This document shows positions 61,495 through 64,000 of a stretch of 64,000 nt of DNA, one piece after another. Positions within the stretch are counted from its first letter, which is position 1. Each line of letters begins with the position of its first letter. A program made the position numbers and the translations under genes. The DNA lies in contig OZ223300.1 of the NCBI GenBank assembly GCA_965140705.1, positions 96,001 through 160,000 on the forward strand. The letters run 5' to 3'. This DNA comes from an uncultured Arcobacter sp. GTDB taxonomy: Bacteria; Campylobacterota; Campylobacteria; Campylobacterales; Arcobacteraceae. The notes beneath the pieces are model-generated. The model made no database searches. It was not told the DNA's origin and saw nothing but the letters and a program-made list of their open reading frames with translations.

Positions 61495-63158
61495 TGAAAA
61501 AAATTGTTATTGATCCCATTACTAGAATTGAAGGACACTTAAGAGCTGAAGTAGAAGTTGATGAAAATGGAGTCGTAAAAGAGGCTTATGTTAGTGGGCA
61601 ACTTTTTCGAGGCATAGAGATAATTTTACAAGATAGAGACCCCAGAGATGCAGGATTATTAGCTGGAAGAGTTTGTGGAGTTTGTACAAATTCACACTTT
61701 AGAGGTGCTATTGGGGCTGTTGAAAATGCATATTCTTTAAGTGTTCCTCAAAATGCTAGAATAATAAGAGACTTGATGTCTATGGCTTTGTTTATTCAAG
61801 ACCATGTGGTACATTTTTATCAGTTACATCTGCTTGATTTTGTGGATGTATTAAGTGCCTTAAAGGCAAATCCTAAAGAGAGTACAAAAGAGGCTCATAA
61901 GTATTGTAAAAAACCATTTAGAAACTCTAATACACATTATGAGACAGTTTTAGAAAAGCTTCAAAATTTTATAGATGCAGGAAGATTAGGACCTTTTAAT
62001 AGTGGATATTGGGGACATAGTGATTATAAGTTAAGTAGTGAACAAAATTTAATTTTATTATCCCACTATTTTGAAGCCTTACAATTTCAAACAAAAATCT
62101 CAAAAGCCATAGCTATCTTTGGAGGGAAAACACCCCATCCTCAATCTTTGGTTGTAGGTGGTATTACAAGTGTTGCAGATATGCTAAACCCCCAAAGATT
62201 AAATGACTTTATTTTTGTAATAAAAGAGGCAAGTGATTTTATAAATAGGGCTTATTTACCTGATATGAAATTATTAGCGATTGCATATAAAGAAGAGATA
62301 AAATCAAAAAGTGGAAAAACAGCTGCTAATTATTTAAGTGTAGGTGTATATCCTATAAACAAAGAGAAAAAACTTTTTTCTAGTGGAGTTATATTTGATG
62401 GAGATTTTTCAAATATACAAGAGTTCGATGCCAATAAAATAAAAGAAGAAGTTCAAAGGGCTTGGTATAGTGATGATGAAAAACAAGAACCTTTTTATAC
62501 TGATTTAAATGAAGATGGAACTTTAAAAACTAAAAATAGTGATGATAAATACTCTTGGATAAAAGCTCCACGATATGATGGTAAGACTATGGAAACTGGT
62601 CCCATTGCAAGATTGTTTATTAGTTATTTAAATAATAACACTGCCATAAACTCTTTTGTTGATGAATTTTTAAAAGATACCTCTTTAAACTTTGAAGATT
62701 TAAACTCAAGCATTGGAAGAAATTGTGCAAGGGCAATTGAGAGTCAATATATTTGTGAATATATTTTTAAACTTGTTTCAAATTTGATTCAAAATATTAA
62801 ATACTATGATACAAATACTTGGGATAAATACAATTTTGAAGAACTAGAAAAAGATGCAAGTGGCTACGTTTTCTTAGAAGTGCCAAGGGGAGTTTTACTT
62901 CATAGTATAAACATAGAAAACTCCAAAATAAAAAATTATCAAATCATTGCCCCAACAACTTGGAATGCAACTCCCAAAAATAGTGATGGAATTAGAGGTG
63001 CATATGAAGAGGCTTTAGTTGGGGTAAAAATAGCTGATCTATCTAAACCCCTCGAAGTTCTAAAGGTATTACACTCTTTTGACCCATGTTTAGCCTGTGC
63101 AGTTCATATTATAGATACAAAAGGGAAAGTTTTGGGAGAGTATAAAATTAGAACTTAA
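61491..63158 (+). CDS. [NiFe]-hydrogenase large subunit (group 1-like)
   Basis: IDPITRIEGH, RVCGVC (L1), DPCLACAVH (L2) plus cleavable C-terminal extension. Confidence 0.96.
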   Translation: MMKKIVIDPITRIEGHLRAEVEVDENGVVKEAYVSGQLFRGIEIILQDRDPRDAGLLAGRVCGVCTNSHFRGAIGAVENAYSLSVPQNARIIRDLMSMALFIQDHVVHFYQLHLLDFVDVLSALKANPKESTKEAHKYCKKPFRNSNTHYETVLEKLQNFIDAGRLGPFNSGYWGHSDYKLSSEQNLILLSHYFEALQFQTKISKAIAIFGGKTPHPQSLVVGGITSVADMLNPQRLNDFIFVIKEASDFINRAYLPDMKLLAIAYKEEIKSKSGKTAANYLSVGVYPINKEKKLFSSGVIFDGDFSNIQEFDANKIKEEVQRAWYSDDEKQEPFYTDLNEDGTLKTKNSDDKYSWIKAPRYDGKTMETGPIARLFISYLNNNTAINSFVDEFLKDTSLNFEDLNSSIGRNCARAIESQYICEYIFKLVSNLIQNIKYYDTNTWDKYNFEELEKDASGYVFLEVPRGVLLHSINIENSKIKNYQIIAPTTWNATPKNSDGIRGAYEEALVGVKIADLSKPLEVLKVLHSFDPCLACAVHIIDTKGKVLGEYKIRT

Positions 63159-63163
63159 CTTCT

Positions 63164-64000
63164 TTAATGATTTATTATACTCATTTTACTTCCTAGATTT
63201 GCCATACCACTTGTGTACATTGCACTAGATACTATTCCATCTATTTGTAAACTTGCATACTCTTGTACATTATTTATATTTACTCCACCCGCAACTAAAA
63301 TAGTTATGTGGGGGAAATTTTCATTTTTATATTTTATTATCTCTTTTAAAACATCTATTTTTATTTTATCTACTTGAAGAACATCTGCTCCATATTTCAT
63401 TAATTGTTTTGCATCATCAAGAGTTTCAGTCTCTATTACAATCTTCTTTTCACAAGCTTTTTGTTTGAAGTTTTTAATATCATTAAAAAACTCATTTTCA
63501 TTTTTGTAAGCTATTCGATGTTGTGGAAAAATAAGAATACTCTCACTTAGTCCCAAACGGTGTGGCATAGCACCACCTATCATTATAGATTTAATACATA
63601 ACCTTTTTGCAAAAGGGAAACTCTTTCTAGTGGATAATAGTTCACAGTTTTTATTTACACTATTGATTTTTTCTTTCATTTTAAAAGTGTAAGTAGACAT
63701 TTTACAGCTATACTCTAAGAGCATTTGACACGCTCTCCAAGCTTTGTGTACATCTTCGTAGTCTCCACTAAACTCCATAATTGTATCATTCTCTTTTATC
63801 AAAGTTTTTGATGGTATATAATTTTCAACTTTACAATTTAATAGTTGGGCAATTCTTTTAGCCTCTTCACTACAAGAGACAATAATCTCTTCTCTAGTAA
63901 AGATACTTAATTTTACTTTTTTATTAGATTGTTCTTGAAGATATGTGGTTAAATCAAGGTAAGGGATATCATCATTTATATATTGTTGTAATTCATAATC
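63164..64000 (-). CDS. modD: ModD (NadC-like phosphoribosyltransferase family), N-terminus off window
   Basis: Frame open from 64000: DYELQQYINDDIPYLDLTT..., then STRK, HRLGLSESILIFPQH, AGGVN. Confidence 0.88.
   Translation of the reverse strand, partial: DYELQQYINDDIPYLDLTTYLQEQSNKKVKLSIFTREEIIVSCSEEAKRIAQLLNCKVENYIPSKTLIKENDTIMEFSGDYEDVHKAWRACQMLLEYSCKMSTYTFKMKEKINSVNKNCELLSTRKSFPFAKRLCIKSIMIGGAMPHRLGLSESILIFPQHRIAYKNENEFFNDIKNFKQKACEKKIVIETETLDDAKQLMKYGADVLQVDKIKIDVLKEIIKYKNENFPHITILVAGGVNINNVQEYASLQIDGIVSSAMYTSGMANLGSKMSIINH

Overview
Very AT-rich chromosomal window from a Campylobacterota bacterium, most likely a nitrogen-fixing Arcobacteraceae member (inferred from gene order and protein style). 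It spans the replication origin (ruvC-oriC1-dnaA-oriC2-dnaN-gyrB). Left of the origin: a Slam/DUF560-like (type XI secretion-like) exporter with two tandem-duplicated FecR + TbpB-barrel cargo genes; an ABC/YceI operon containing a divergent heme-copper-oxidase-like protein; SulP-Usp; eptA-PAP2-dgkA; an SHP/dihaem cytochrome c/cytochrome b cluster; two-component systems; a CheY-CheC-diguanylate cyclase operon; purN. Right of the origin: a ~123-bp palindromic MITE-like element, transport and regulator genes, queF, SRP RNA, modE, and nif-accessory genes (nifA, nifT, clpX paralog, SIR2-like, ferredoxin) under three sigma54 promoters, split by a TMAO/DMSO-type reductase block and a cytochrome c553 pseudogene. 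The most striking element is a group-1-like [NiFe] hydrogenase whose small subunit has lost its Tat motif and membrane anchor and is fused to a NirB-like FAD/NAD(P)H + BFD [2Fe-2S] module. This suggests a cytoplasmic H2:NADP+ oxidoreductase next to nif genes. Two single-base frameshifts (gyrB, cytochrome b-DHC) are probably assembly errors. All family calls come from motif recognition by eye; no searches were run.
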